DNA of 64,000 nucleotides from Eledone cirrhosa. Lineage: Eukaryota. Of this stretch, positions 25,695-38,640 are shown one piece after another. The notes under the pieces are model-generated. The model did no database searches, was not told the origin of the DNA, and saw nothing but the letters and a program-made list of their open reading frames with translations. The translations under genes were made by a program, and so were the position numbers. Each line of letters opens with the position of its first letter. Position 1 is the first letter of the stretch. The stretch spans positions 173,662,001 through 173,726,000 of the forward strand of contig OZ024740.1 of NCBI GenBank assembly GCA_964016885.1, given 5' to 3'.

Positions 25695-28246
25695 ATACGG
25701 GACACAAACAAACTGTAAACGTAAATACAGACAATGCACTTACACACACATACAGTGGCAGACTGGGTCTAAAAATATTGGTTGCTATAAGATAAAGGGG
25801 GCCCATCCACATATAGAATGCTATAATTTAATTTTTATAATGAATAAATAATATTTTCAAAAAATACATAGGTGAAACAAAACAGTGCAATCACATTTTT
25901 GCGGAAAAAAATGTGTATTTTTTATTTTTACTAATTATAGTGTATATATACTGTACATATTACTGGTAGTATACAGTAATACTAAATGTTATAATTGAAT
26001 TTTTAAATAATTGTGAATGTATAGTATACTGTTATTTAGAGTAGAGTATGCAACTGATAATTTTTAGCTTCTCCAATAAAAACTATAAAATGAATTATAC
26101 ACATCCAGAGACTTTCAATAATGACCTTTCGTCTTTCACACGCAATATATATATCTGGGAGTGGGTGTATGTGTGTACATGTAAATGTGTATATATAGAT
26201 TTATATATATGTATACATACATGTTTTCAACTTTTCCACTTGTACAAAAATTATTTGGCGACAACTAATTGATTTTACATATGTCTTTAACCCATTGATA
26301 TCAAAAATGATTTGGCTAGCAGCTCGTGTGTAGGTGTAAGTATATATGGGAGGTGTTCCGAGGCCATATTATCTAGAATAAGGACGGATTGGAAGAAGTT
26401 TAGGGAATATTTTTATCTAAACTAAATATAGGAATAGTTGATATAATAAACGAAAGAAAAAACTGTTTATTTCCTTAATCCTTTGATTACTTCAATATTT
26501 TACGCATGAACATGTCTGATTAACCTCCGGATTACTTTGAAGCATAGTATCTCTAAGGGGAGACAATTCTGATCTTGGTTTTAGGTGTAGGTTCCTTTAA
26601 AAACACGGAAAGAAACGTTAAATAATTGAATTCTTTTACTCAAAGGTTGGTTATAGGTGACTTTCGACTAACACATCGTTATTGGCTTCTCTTATTGAAG
26701 TATTTGGTAACACTCATGAAGGTGCTTGACTGTTCCAGCGCCCTAGCCTAGTGACCACTGGCATTAAAGTCGTATTTTGGGTTGCCTAAACAACTTCATC
26801 GTGTTTTGCCTGTTTATTTATTCGAAATTAGTTGTACATCACAATTATTTTGAAAAGCACTGCAACTATTATATTACTAGTTAATATAATATGCATGGTA
26901 TTAATATATAAATATATTTATAAAACATTGAAACAACACCGATAACGACATTAGCTCAAGATTAACATAATACGCCCAAATGTCCATTAAATATTTTGTT
27001 GTCATTTTTATCCAATTTGGTGAGAAGTTATTTTATAGTCTTGCTAAGTTAATAAATTCAGTATTTCCCCCATTCAGTGTATGTGGTAAAAAAAAAAAAA
27101 AATACCCAACCCACCACCGTCTTTCATTGTTTTTTTTTCACGCAGACATCGACGCAGTTCTTTTAAACTCAACTTTCACTTCAGTCTAGTAGAGGCTCAA
27201 CTATTTAAACTAATTCACTAAGAAAACGTAAGAAATAGAATTCACTTTTGTAAAAGATGTCTTCTTAGTCAACATATTTATTACATGTGACTGATTTGAA
27301 GCGAGTTTAATATAAACAAACCGCATCGCTATACTTTTGTATAATCACAAAGCTGCTTATTAGCGGCAAAACTCGGAATTAATTTCTCATATGATGTTCC
27401 GCTGATTACAATTATCGACTGAAAATTATGTAAGCGTAGATTATTTGCTTTTTCATAAGTAAACTTATTATTCTTTTTGAAAATAACATTCAGAATTATC
27501 TCCCTTGGTTTGGTTTCATTTTTCGATGTTATAGTGTACTACAGGTATACATATAAATTTTAACCAATATCGCATGTAATAGACATGTAAACACCTTATC
27601 TTTATATACTATATCTCCATAGACAGCAAAAGGGGGTCAGCCTGTCTAATTTCAATTCTGTGTTAGTATGTTGTCGTTTGTTTACATCTGGAAGTTGTCT
27701 TTATCTTCAGCTCCTTCTTAGATCTAGTTAGACAGCTGTTTGAGACATGTGTATTGGCGAAAGTCCGAACAAAATGAGATGTTATAATAGTATAACATAG
27801 TATTAATATATGTCTTGTTGCTGGTTTAGGTTTTAACCCTTTTGATACCAAATTGCCTGAAACCACTCCTTGTTCTATGATATAAAGCTATTTATTTAAA
27901 AATATTTATATTTATCTAATAACCTTTCATCATAATTGTATGTAAGAACCTGTGTTAAGTTTAAGGTTAATAATGAGAAAGTTAGTTACGTTACTAAATC
28001 CTGCCAAATTCTTGATTATTTTCAAAATCTTTTATTATAAATATGGTAATGAATGGGTTAGTGCTTAACCATATAGGCAGATTAGGTGACAGATAGGTAG
28101 ATATTTAAAAATTGATAGTGAAAGAGGCATATGTTTATATATATAAGAGAGAGCGAGATCAGTAGTTAGGTGAAGTGAGCAGGACTGTAGAATAGTAAAG
28201 TAATACTAATGTATTAATTATTAACCCTGCTAACTTTTAATTTCAG

Positions 28247-28393
28247 CTCATTTTATGAAAACTTACAAAGGACTGAGTTGATTGATCAGCCAAGCTGTCA
28301 ACCCAAAACACCACCTCAGACTATTGAACAGGAGATAGACGATTGGTTAAAGAAACATTCTAAAACATATGGAATAGTTAGTTTTCCTGAAAG
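28247..28393 (+). CDS. CCDC15: CCDC15-like gene, internal exon (SFYENLQRTELIDQPSCQPKTPPQTIEQEIDDWLKKHSKTYGIVSFPE)
   Basis: TTTCAG acceptor, GTAAAG donor, 147 nt open, phase 2-2, matching 19703 upstream and 32229 downstream. Confidence 0.68.
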
Positions 28394-29516
28394 GTAAAGA
28401 CCAACAGCAGCATTTTTTTCTATTTAGACAGTAAAGTGGTTGGTGTTAAGAAAAGCATTTAGCCATAGCTACTCAATTATGCCAAGCTCTCTGGTGCAAG
28501 TGTCACTATAAATTGCACCCAGTATATTCTGTAAAGTGGTTGGCATTAGGAAAAGCATCTAGCTGTAGAAACCATGCCTAAACAAAAAGGTTTGTAAATG
28601 AGATGTGACTCTTAGCTGGTCTAAAAGGACAATAGATTCAATTAAGAACTGGCTTAGTGAGAATGACATTGGAGTGCTTAACTTGAAGCAGAACAAATAT
28701 TGCAAGAACACCCATGTTTCAATTTCTTTGCTGATTTTTAGATTTTACATTGATATACATCAGCAAGAAAGATACACATACATACATCATCTGCATTATT
28801 TTAACTTGCATTTTTCTATGCTTGCACGGTTTAGATGAGTCTTCTCCAGTACAGCATACCTCCACTTGTCTCTTTCCTTTGTGTGGTCCAGTAACCTGAG
28901 ATCAGCTTTCACTACTTCTTGTTTTCCTAGGCCTACTACCATATATTCCTTCCAATTGGAACTCCTTGTGCTTTTTCACTAAACAATATCAGTACCAGCA
29001 CAATTGTCTCTCTTGTATACTATATCTCATTCTTGTTTTACACAGTTTTTCTTTTAACTTATCAGAAACATAACATATTTTACCTTTACAATATTATTAT
29101 ATTATTTTTTAAATATGTGCCATAATTTCTCTTTGGCATTGCTTTAAAAATGTTAATCTTCTTTCTATAAACAAAAACAAAAGTTTGTAGTTGAAATGTA
29201 TGTTCATAAGAAGTGTGCTTTTGTGGGTATGTTTTTGTGAATATATGTACGTATGTATACTTATTAGTAGTAACACTAACATAGTGTGATTTATAATAGA
29301 GATGTATATGATGGCATATATGATATGTATAGTATGTACAATAAACATATATGTTTCGCTATGAGTGCTTTAAACTGTGATGATGTCATAGCTATCTTAG
29401 CAGCTGTGTGAGAAAATTTTATCCATCATCAGTGACACTCAATGAAAATAAGCATCTCCAGCAGTTTTATATGCAAAAAGTATATAAGTTATAGCTTATT
29501 CTTATCTCAGTACCAA

Positions 29517-29578
29517 GTGAGAAAGCATCACTGATAATGGATAAAACATCCTGAAACACGAGTGTCTGGCATTCTCAC
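29517..29578 (+). ncRNA. Minimal type I hammerhead ribozyme motif (Penelope-type) with a mutated core
   Basis: GTGAGAA..CA / CTGATAA (consensus CUGAUGA) / GGAT-AAAAC-ATCC / GAAAC-ACGAGT-GTC / TGGCA-TTCTCAC. Confidence 0.6.
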
Positions 29579-29599
29579 ATGTCTACTGAGATAACTGTG

Positions 29600-30375
29600 A
29601 CATGATCACAACTTAAAACACCAATAGCAAGCAGGATCCTGATCACATCTGGTAAGTAGCCCTGCTCAATATGTAGAAAAGGAGTAGATAGTAACTCTAT
29701 ATGTTGTACCCAATGCAAATACACAAGAGGTGTAGTGGGATAGTAAGCAAAGGTAAACTTTGTATGTAGTAGATGTACAGAGATAGTTAGTTGTAAGAGC
29801 ATCAATGAAATAAACATTTTCCAATTTCAAGAAGACTCCATAGAAATGGTTGATAGCTTCTGTTACCTAGGTTATAAAATTAGTTGGGAAAGAGGCTGTA
29901 CCGAGATCATAATAGTAAGAATGGGTTGAAAAAGTTCAGAGAGCTACTACCTCTAATGACAGCAAAAGGTTTCTCCATATCAAGGAGAGGCCAGCTTATG
30001 ATGCCTGTGTATGATGTGTGATGATGTATGGTAGTGAGATGGATTTGCTATGTTATTGTGTATGAAAGCCAATAGCAATAGATGAGCTGAGAGAGAGGCT
30101 GGATATAAGAGGAATCAGATAGACTGTGCTGGTATGTTCATGTGATGAATATGGATGATGCTTATTGGGTGAAGAAATCCCAGTGGAAGAGAGCTACTGT
30201 AGAGGGAGACCAAGGAAGACTTGGGCAGAGGTCGCCATACTGATCTCAAATCACTGAATCTCACAGAAGAGATGACGAAGGACCGAGGTAAATGGAGAGA
30301 TGTTGTGCCAGAAAGAGCCTATCCAACCTATGCAAGCATGGAAAAGCAGGTGTAAAATGATGATGATAATGATGA
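29600..30375 (+). mobile_element. Old RTE LINE 3' fragment
   Basis: Degenerate SGK.PCSICRKGV, FCYLG, GRPRKTW; (GAT)n tail. Confidence 0.8.
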
Positions 30376-30751
30376 TATATATATGGCCTTGTAACTACTA
30401 ATGGCGTTTTAGGGGTGCCATAATAGCATGCAGCATGTCTTTGGCATTTTAAAACTGATGTAGCTCTTCATTTTCTAGGAGTGAACATAGCCTATTTCAT
30501 CCAGAGAAGGAGAGAGAACGATAGAGAGGACATGAGATATATATATATATATAGAAGAAGAATCAAACCCTGCGCTGGACTATTTTTATTGACCTCAAAC
30601 AGATGAAAGGCAAAATTGACCTCAGCAGGATTTGAACTCAGAGTGAAGAGAGCTAGAATGAATACTACAAAGCTATTTTGCTACCTATATGCCTTTGTAC
30701 ACATCTAAAATATGTGGATTTGTGTATGATTATAGGTATAATATGATTATA

Positions 30752-31643
30752 CAGGGTGGAGACGACATCTGTTTGCAATTTTCAACTGCTAATTTTATGC
30801 AAATTTTTTTTACTTCCGTTGTCACTCTTGTCTTCATAAAAACAGTGACTATATTTCCATTATTTATTTTCAGAATAATTGATTATGAATAATTTTGAAC
30901 CTCCAAATTTGTGGAAGAGACACGGAGTCCTTCTTGGAATCTGCGCCGGGAGGACAAATAAGGAAATTTCAGACTTTCTCAGCATCAGCAGGAGAATGGT
31001 GTCTCATCCAAAGATGTGCCCAGAGTCATGCAGACAAAGTTTCCAGCAACAACATTGGTCTTAGATGTCGTCAGCAGTCAAGGTGATGTCATGCCACCTC
31101 ACTTCTTCCCTGAGGGCCTCAAGCTGAACACCGATGGCTACATCCGTGTTCTGAGCGAGGTAGTAAAGCCCTGGATCGACCAGGTAGCTGCAGGTAGGCC
31201 GTACGTGTGGCAGCAAGACTCAGCGCCCTGCTATACCAGCTGAAAGACCCAAGCCTGGCTGTCAGAGAACATTGTTGACCACACGTCACCTGACATCTGG
31301 CCTCCCAGCTCGCCTGACTGCAACCCCCTCGACTTCTTTGTGTGAGGCGTAGTGGAACGAGACACCAACAGATCTAGCTGCAATACGAAAGACGATCTGA
31401 AGGCCAGGATCGCAAGTGCCTTTAGGGGCCTAAGTCGGGGGATAGTGACGAAGGCATGTAGCTGGTTCCGAGGCCGCCTTGAGGCTGTCATCAAAGCCAA
31501 TGGCGGGTTTATCGAGTGAGACCGAAAGAACAAGTCACGAAGACAAACTGACCCAAGTTTGATAAATATATCTTAAAAAATAAAACTACTGTGTTATTTT
31601 TTCCAAGACAGTAATCTTGTGAACAGATATCGTCCGCACCCTG
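30752..31643 (+). mobile_element. Tc1/mariner superfamily DD37D (maT-type) element, internally deleted
   Basis: TA flanks; imperfect TIRs CAGGGTGGAGACGACATCTGTT / AACAGATATCGTCCGCACCCTG. WQQD...WPPSSPDCNPLD has 37 residues between the last two catalytic Asp; in-frame stops. Confidence 0.9.
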
Positions 31644-32228
31644 TAGGTATAAACATGTGTGCCTTTGTAATGTATTTAATAAGACTTTTAGTTCAACATA
31701 GTTAAATATCACTGACTGACAGCTGGCTGAAGTAACATGTATATCGAGAAGCAACTAAATTGATGGTTGTTATTGTTTTCTCCTATTTCTGTTTTGTTTT
31801 CTTCTTAATTTAGATGCAACTTATGCTGCTTTTGTATTTTTTCTTTTTGTATATGTGTGCTGGAATTCCATCAGTTACAATGATGTTAAATGTTCCAGCC
31901 TGCTTGTGAATTTTATATGCAAGTGGCTGAGCATTCCACAGACACATGTGTCCTTCACGTATTTCTCAGGGAAATTCAGTATGACACAGTATGGGACAAG
32001 GTTAGCCCTTTGAAATAAAGGTACACCTAATTTTGTCTAGCTGAGGAAACTGGAGCAATGTGAAGTAAAGTGTCTTGTATAAGGACGTAATGCACCACTG
32101 AGAATTGAATTCTGGACTTTATTGTGAGTCAGTCACACTAATCACTAAGCCACTTGCTTTCACCTTTTTTGGAGTTATCATATTCTATTGCAGGTTTTTG
32201 AAATTGTTTGATTTGCATTGTTTCCTAG

Positions 32229-32379
32229 ACACATGTATCACCTGCAAATGAAACTGAGAAAGAAATGCCAGCAGCTGTCAATAAAAATTCCAGCTTTTTG
32301 TCTTTGTGATAACAACAGCAAAGATCTGGCATGGATATACTGCTAATAACTGCCAGTTTTATTTTTAAAAAAGCATCAG
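32229..32379 (+). CDS. CCDC15: CCDC15-like penultimate exon with frameshift/premature stop (RHMYHLQMKLRKKCQQLSIKIPAFCLCDNNSKDLAWIYC*; ANNCQFY in another frame)
   Basis: CCTAG acceptor (phase 2), GTAATT donor. IPAFCLC...ANNCQFY resembles the CCDC15 C-terminal LPPLCCC...CANNCIFY motif. TAA at 32344-32346 in the entering frame. Confidence 0.7.
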
Positions 32380-32737
32380 GTAATTACAGTTCACTGAATC
32401 AACAAAGCCTGATCAGATATTAGGTTAATTATCTCTAATAATATTTTTTGTTCTGTGATCTGGGTTTAGTACTCTGTACATATGCTAGTGAAATTGGTGC
32501 AGGAACAAACTAATATACAGAGTGTTGATCAATGTCAACATTTATCTTACAAGGATTGATGAAAGTTGTATCCAGAAAAATAAGAATAATTGTTGTCCTG
32601 TTAACTATTTATTTTTGCGTGTTCTTATGATTATTCAGTTTGGAGCTACCCTTGGAATTGATCATCATTATCATGGTCTGTTTTTCCATGATTGCACAGG
32701 TTAGACGATTATTAATTCAACTAACTTTTATTTTCAG

Positions 32738-32883
32738 CTCATTTTATAAAATGTTATGGGGAAAACAGTCCATTGATCCTGCAAACTGTCAACCCAAAGC
32801 ACAACCTTAAACTCTTGAACAGGACATAGAAGATTGGTGAAAAGCCAGTATAATATATATGGAACAGTCAGTTTCTATGAAAG
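32738..32883 (+). pseudogene. Decayed duplicate of exon 28247-28393
   Basis: Same splice context (TTTCAG|CTCATTTTAT ... GAAAG|GTAAAGA), 146 nt, in-frame TAA after ..PKAQP; flanking intron sequence is also duplicated. Confidence 0.8.
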
Positions 32884-33738
32884 GTAAAGATTAATAGCAT
32901 GGCTTTTTTCTATTTATACAGAGCTTATTTATTAATCATTGGTTCACTGAATTTCTGATTGTGAGAATGAAAAGAGAGTGCATAACTTGAAGCAGAACAA
33001 ATATTGCAAGGAGTTTCTTTTGGAGAGAACCAGTGTTTCAGTTTCCTTGTAGATATACATCAGCTAAAGAAATACACTTATGTACATTATCATCATTATT
33101 TTTTCTTTGATTTCCATAAGTTAAATGAATCATCTCCAGTACAGCACTTCTCCATTTGTTTATTTCCTTTATCATCTCTTTTGTGAGGTTTAGTTTCTTG
33201 AGATCAACTTTTACGAACTCTGCCCACTACTTTCTTGGTTTTTCCTTTTCCACAGTTTCCTTCTACTTAGAAATTCTGGCACTTCTTCATCCAATAATCA
33301 TCATCCATATACATTATATTACTATTCTATTGCAAACTTCTTGGCACTTCTTCATTCACCAATCGTCATCTATATACATCATGCCAGTGCGGACTTCTCT
33401 TGCACACTACACATTATTTATCTTAAATCCAGTTTTTCACTCAGATCATCTGTACTTTATCATTTATGCACAATAACATTATGCATCCAATTGAGCATGC
33501 TACTTTACTTATTTTACATAAGTCTGAAGCATATTGCATCAAGTCCAGAAAAAACTTTCTCCAAAGAAAAGTCTGCCTGCAGTCCCCAAAGAAACAAGTC
33601 ATCTGCAACCGCAGAAGGGAAAAACCTGGCACATTAACATTACCATTGAGTCTAATCCTCCTGCTAGTGGACAAACTATCTGTAGATTCACAGTTGCCTA
33701 CAGAATAATAGAAGTGTTGCAATCATGTCTATCTACAG

Positions 33739-34416
33739 CAGAGGTTCCCCCCCTCTCACGACCACATAATACCTTCAGTGCCTCCAACCCTATTTCCAGA
33801 GAGACCTGCCTACATGTAAATTGTAAATAATATATAATAAATAAAATCGTTAATTGATATATAGTAAATAATATTATATATACTATGTATAAATAAATAT
33901 TATATCTTTTTTTATTTTAATATATTTATATATAATATGTATAATTTAATATTCAATCATCATTCATTTCATTTCATTTTACGTCCACTTTTCCCTGCTT
34001 GCAAGGGTGGGACAGGAATTGATGCTGGCTAGATTTCTACAGCTGGATGCCCTTCCTAACACCAACCTCATTTACAGTGAGTGCTGGGTGCTTTTTTGCC
34101 GTGGCGCCTCCACGACCACTTTGCAGTGGAATGATAGGGATCCCAGTCCCTATCATCTCATTTCTACAGCTGAGTAAACTGAAGCAATGTGAAATAAAGT
34201 GTCTTGCTCAAGGAAACAACACATCACCCGGTCTGAGAATTGAACTCACAACCTTTCGATTGCAAGGCCAATGCTCTAACCACTAAGCCATGTGCCTCCA
34301 TTCAATATACTATTATATCATCTCTACCGCCCCCACTGTCCCCTTAGGCTCCAGCGACCCTCTGGACCTTCTCAATGCCCCCTGGGATGCGGTAGTGCCC
34401 ACTTTGAGAACCTCTG
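33739..34416. mobile_element. Non-autonomous hAT element with a nested SINE
   Basis: TIRs CAGAGGTTC / GAACCTCTG with an exact 8-bp TSD ATCTACAG (33731-33738, 34417-34424); SINE inserted at ~33955-34298. Confidence 0.85.
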
Positions 34417-35942
34417 ATCTACAGGAAATATATAACATGGATTCAAGTATGGTTGATTGGTTAAAAAGTTCACTTCACAAGCATGAGATTCTGGGTTAAA
34501 TCCCATGATGTGGCATCTTTACCAAGTGTCTTGGCTTAAGCCTTGTAAGAGAAATTAGATAGACAAAAACTGCATGGAAGCTCATTGGATGGATTGTTTC
34601 TGTAATTCAATGGTCCAGCTTTTGCCACATGTAGAAGCATTCATGTCTAGATAATATTTGTATAAACAGAATTCAATGTAAGCTGTTTGATTTGAAAGGA
34701 GCTCTGGCAGGTGGTGATTATGTAGGGGCTTTAGCATGTCCCACACACAGTTACAAACATTCATAAATAATCTTGTGATACATAGCTGTCCACAAAGATT
34801 GAGGTGTGACATAGCGATCCAAAAATGGATGTTAAATGATGATCCCGCCACTGCTGTTGCTGCAAAGTTGACCATAGTGGTATTTAAACTCAAAATATAA
34901 AAAGCTGGAATAAATACTGTACAACATTTTCCCCAATACTCTAAGGATTTTTCCCTCATGCATAAATTTACCAACCTTAATAATATAACATTTTTTTCAT
35001 TATGTCAAATATTTTGATTACGTCTTCAATTTCATTCCATAGTTAAAGTTGTTGAAAGTGTAAGACTTAAACTTGTTTCATTATTTTGATTATACCTTTA
35101 AATTCATTCCATAGTTAAAGTTGTTAATAGTGAAATACTGAAACATGTGACAAGTAGAATAATATAGATAATGATAGAGCCCTTTTATACATACAATAAT
35201 AATGTTATACATAAGAGTTACAGTTAGTGTGGCAATGGATAAGCAAAGTGATATAAAAAACAAAGGCAGGGGAGAAAGACATTACAGAATATATGTGAAA
35301 AAATTTGATATAATTTAAACAGAGGACAAATAAATAGTTACATAAAATATGAAAAACATTTACGGTAACCCATCCATATATGGCTGGGAACCTACCAGTT
35401 CAATTAGTTTAGGATATTGTATGACTCTGCCTATGTGTCACTCAAATTGTTCCATCCTGAATGAGTCCATGGGCAGTTCAGTTGTCAGAGTGGGTAGGAA
35501 GGGACCCATTTCCTTCTGAAATCTCAGGTACATCTGCTAGTAGAATTTTGATATGGTTTTTACCAGCAGTCTATCCCCTAATTGTTGTCTGTACTTAGCT
35601 CTCATCTCTTCACAAACCAGCACATTCTTGATTCTCTTTTCCTCTTGCATTTGATTTAGGAACTTCATGAAGTTCCTGTTAGATGTTCTTAGTACTGTGA
35701 ATTTTATGGTTTTTGAGAAGGAAGTTGGCTTCTCAGTCTTTGTTTCTTGTAGGGTAGGGGTAGACATCCCATCGCCTGTTCTGTCTAACTTCTCTTGAGG
35801 TTGACTTCATGGAAGTTGTCTTTTATTGTTCTACTCTTGGCATTGTCCCTGACAGTTTGCCACCCACTCTCACTTTCTACATCCTCATTGTCACAAGAAT
35901 ATGAAATGGCACTACTGATGAACCAATAAGTTGTTAAACATT

Positions 35943-38335
35943 TAAAGGTCAACCCAATATTTTTTTTGTACAAAGAGAATAATGAGTGAAGAAGAAAAGG
36001 ACCATTTATATGAGGAAATTATACAGACTAACTTAGTTACTGATGTCAGAGACCTCATCATTCTAGCAGGCAACTTTAATAGGCATGTTGGATAGCACAA
36101 GGATGGCCACACCAGTGTAGAATGCACTGCTCAACACAAATTAGCTATTACTGACATAAGAATAAGCACAAGATAGAAAAGGAAACAGAAAAAGCTAAAG
36201 GACATTTGTATTAAGTATAGTTAGAAGCATATGACATAGAGCACAATTGGAAGTTTCTTCGTGTCAACCTATTACAGACTGCTGACAAGATTTGTGGCTG
36301 GAACAAAGTACCAGCAAGACAGGGTGACCTGGTGGTGGAACAACACAGTGGATAGAGCCAGTAAAGCCAAGAGACAGGTGTGGAAAGACTGGAAAAATGG
36401 GAGCAGCAGAGACCAGTATCAGGTAGCTAAAAGAAAGGCTAGTCAACTGGTATACATAGTACGAAAAGAGGCTGAAAGAAGGAAGTTTGCCAATATCTTG
36501 TGACATGATGATTAGAAACGTGAGGTGTACTACATTGCAAGCCAGTTTATGTCAGTGTAAATCAGGATATTGTTGGGGAAAAGTGTGTTTGAAATAACAC
36601 CAATACACTTAGCATCACTGATACTCAAAAGAAAGAAGCCTGGTTATGCTACTATGCAAAGTTAATGAATGTGGAAAACAAAATGAATGGAAGGAAGGGA
36701 GACTACCCACAATGAAGGAGATGAAAAACGGTAAAGCTGTGGGACCGTCTGAAATAGTTGCTGAGATGTTGAAAGCATCTGGGGAAGTAGGAGATGAACT
36801 ACTCACCTGTATAGTTAAATTGATAATACAGGATGGATTTATACCCAAAGACTGGCATAATAGCAGCATAACCATTAATTGCTACAAGGGAATAAAACTA
36901 ACGGACCAAATTATGAAAGTGACAGAAAGAGTTCTAGCACAACCAGTTAGGGAAAGAGTCAAATTAGATGAGATGCAATTCAGATTTGTATCAGGGAGGA
37001 GCACCATAGATGCCCTGTTTTTAGTAAGACAACTACAAGAGAAGTTCTTAGCTAAGAGTAAACACCCATTTCTAGCTTTTGTTGATCTAGAGAAAGCTTT
37101 TGATAGAGTACCCCGACAAATCATCTGGTGGTCCTTAAGGAAACTAGGTGTAGAAGAGTGGCTTGTGAAAGCAGTGCAAGCATGTACAGAGGAGCTGTCA
37201 GTAGAGTGAGAGTAAGAAGTGAGTTTAGTGAGGAATTCAAGGAATTAGAAGTGCATCAGAGTTCAGTTCTTAGCCTACTTCTGTTTATCATAGTCCTCCA
37301 GGCCATAACAGAGGAGTTTAAGACTGGTTGTTCATGGGAACTTCTGTGTGCTGATGCTCTGGTTCTTATAGCTGAATCTGTAGAAGAACTAAAGGATAAA
37401 TTCTGCCCGTGGAAACAGAACGTTGACTCAAAAGGGCTAAGAGTAAACTTAGCAAAAACCAAAGTATTAGTAAGTAGGAAAGAAGATAGGGTACTGATCT
37501 CATCAGGGAAGTGGCTTTGCTCAACATGTAGTAAAAGGGTAGACTTAAACTCTATACAATGTACACAATGCAAATCTTGGTTACATAAGAGATTTAATAG
37601 GATAACAGGTAGACTAATAGAAAAGGAAGACTTTGTATGTAGTAGATGTTCAGGGTCAATTGATAGACTGCCAATGATATAAACATTTTCCAATCCCAGA
37701 AAGGATTCATAGAAGTGGTTGATAGCTTCTACTATCTCGGTGATATTTTATTAGCAGTGGTGGAGGGTGCTCCAAGAGTATAGTAGCTAGAATAAGGACA
37801 GGATGGAAGAAGTTTAGGGAGCTTCTACCTCTGTTGACAACAAAAGGTTTCTCCCTATGAATGAAAGGTTAGTTGTATGACACCTATATGCGAAGTGTGA
37901 TCTTGCATAGTAGTGTGACATGGGTAGTAAACAGGATATGCGAAGGATGGAGAAAAATAAGGCAAGCATGCTTCAATGGATGTGCAATGTTAATGTGTGG
38001 GAATGACAGTGCATGGATGAACTGGGAGAGGCACAGAGTAAAAGAGGAAATCAGATGTAGTGTGCAAGAGAAGAGACAGCAATGGTATGGACATGAGACA
38101 TATATGGATGATGATCACTGGGTGAAGAAATGCCAAAAAATTCCAGTAGATGCAAGTTACAGTAGAGGAAGACCAAGGAAGATCTGAGTGGAGGTGGGGT
38201 GAAACTGATTTCAAATTGCTGAAGTTCATAGAGGAGATGACAAAGGAATGCTACAAGTGGAAAGATGCTGTACTGAAAAAGACCTGTCCAACCCATACAA
38301 TTGTGGAACAGCGAACATAAAAATGATGATGATGA
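35943..38335 (+). mobile_element. Older RTE LINE (EN remnant, RT, PHD-like finger), decayed
   Basis: AGNFNRHVG, RVTWWWN, FVDLEKAFDRVP, CSTC..CTQCKSWLHK..CSRC, GRPRK; (GAT)n tail. Confidence 0.9.
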
Positions 38336-38569
38336 CAAACACTTGTGTACATATATGTGTGTTGTCTTTATTTTTGTACTCCTGAGAAGGGCTAAAGCCT
38401 GACATGTCAAACTTTCTTTCTCCTTTTCCCTATAAAGTGTGAAACTAATAAGACTTTTTGTACCTCTGTTGCAACTCTTTCATTAATATTTTCGCTTATA
38501 ACCGCTCTGCTTATCTTCGTACACTAAATATTAACTCCTCTAATATTTAACCCTGATTACATGTCTCCC

Positions 38570-38640
38570 TATTTTATCTGATGAGAACGCAAGTATCATC
38601 CCATGATGATATTTGTTTTTGAAATGAGCATAATAAAATA
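38570..38640 (+). ncRNA. Type I hammerhead ribozyme motif (Penelope pLTR-type) with intact catalytic core
   Basis: Stem I TATTTTAT (38570-77) / ATAAAATA (38633-40); CTGATGA (38578-84); ~15-bp stem II (38585-38620); GAAA (38621-24); 2-bp stem III with GAGC loop; AUA cleavage triplet. Confidence 0.72.
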
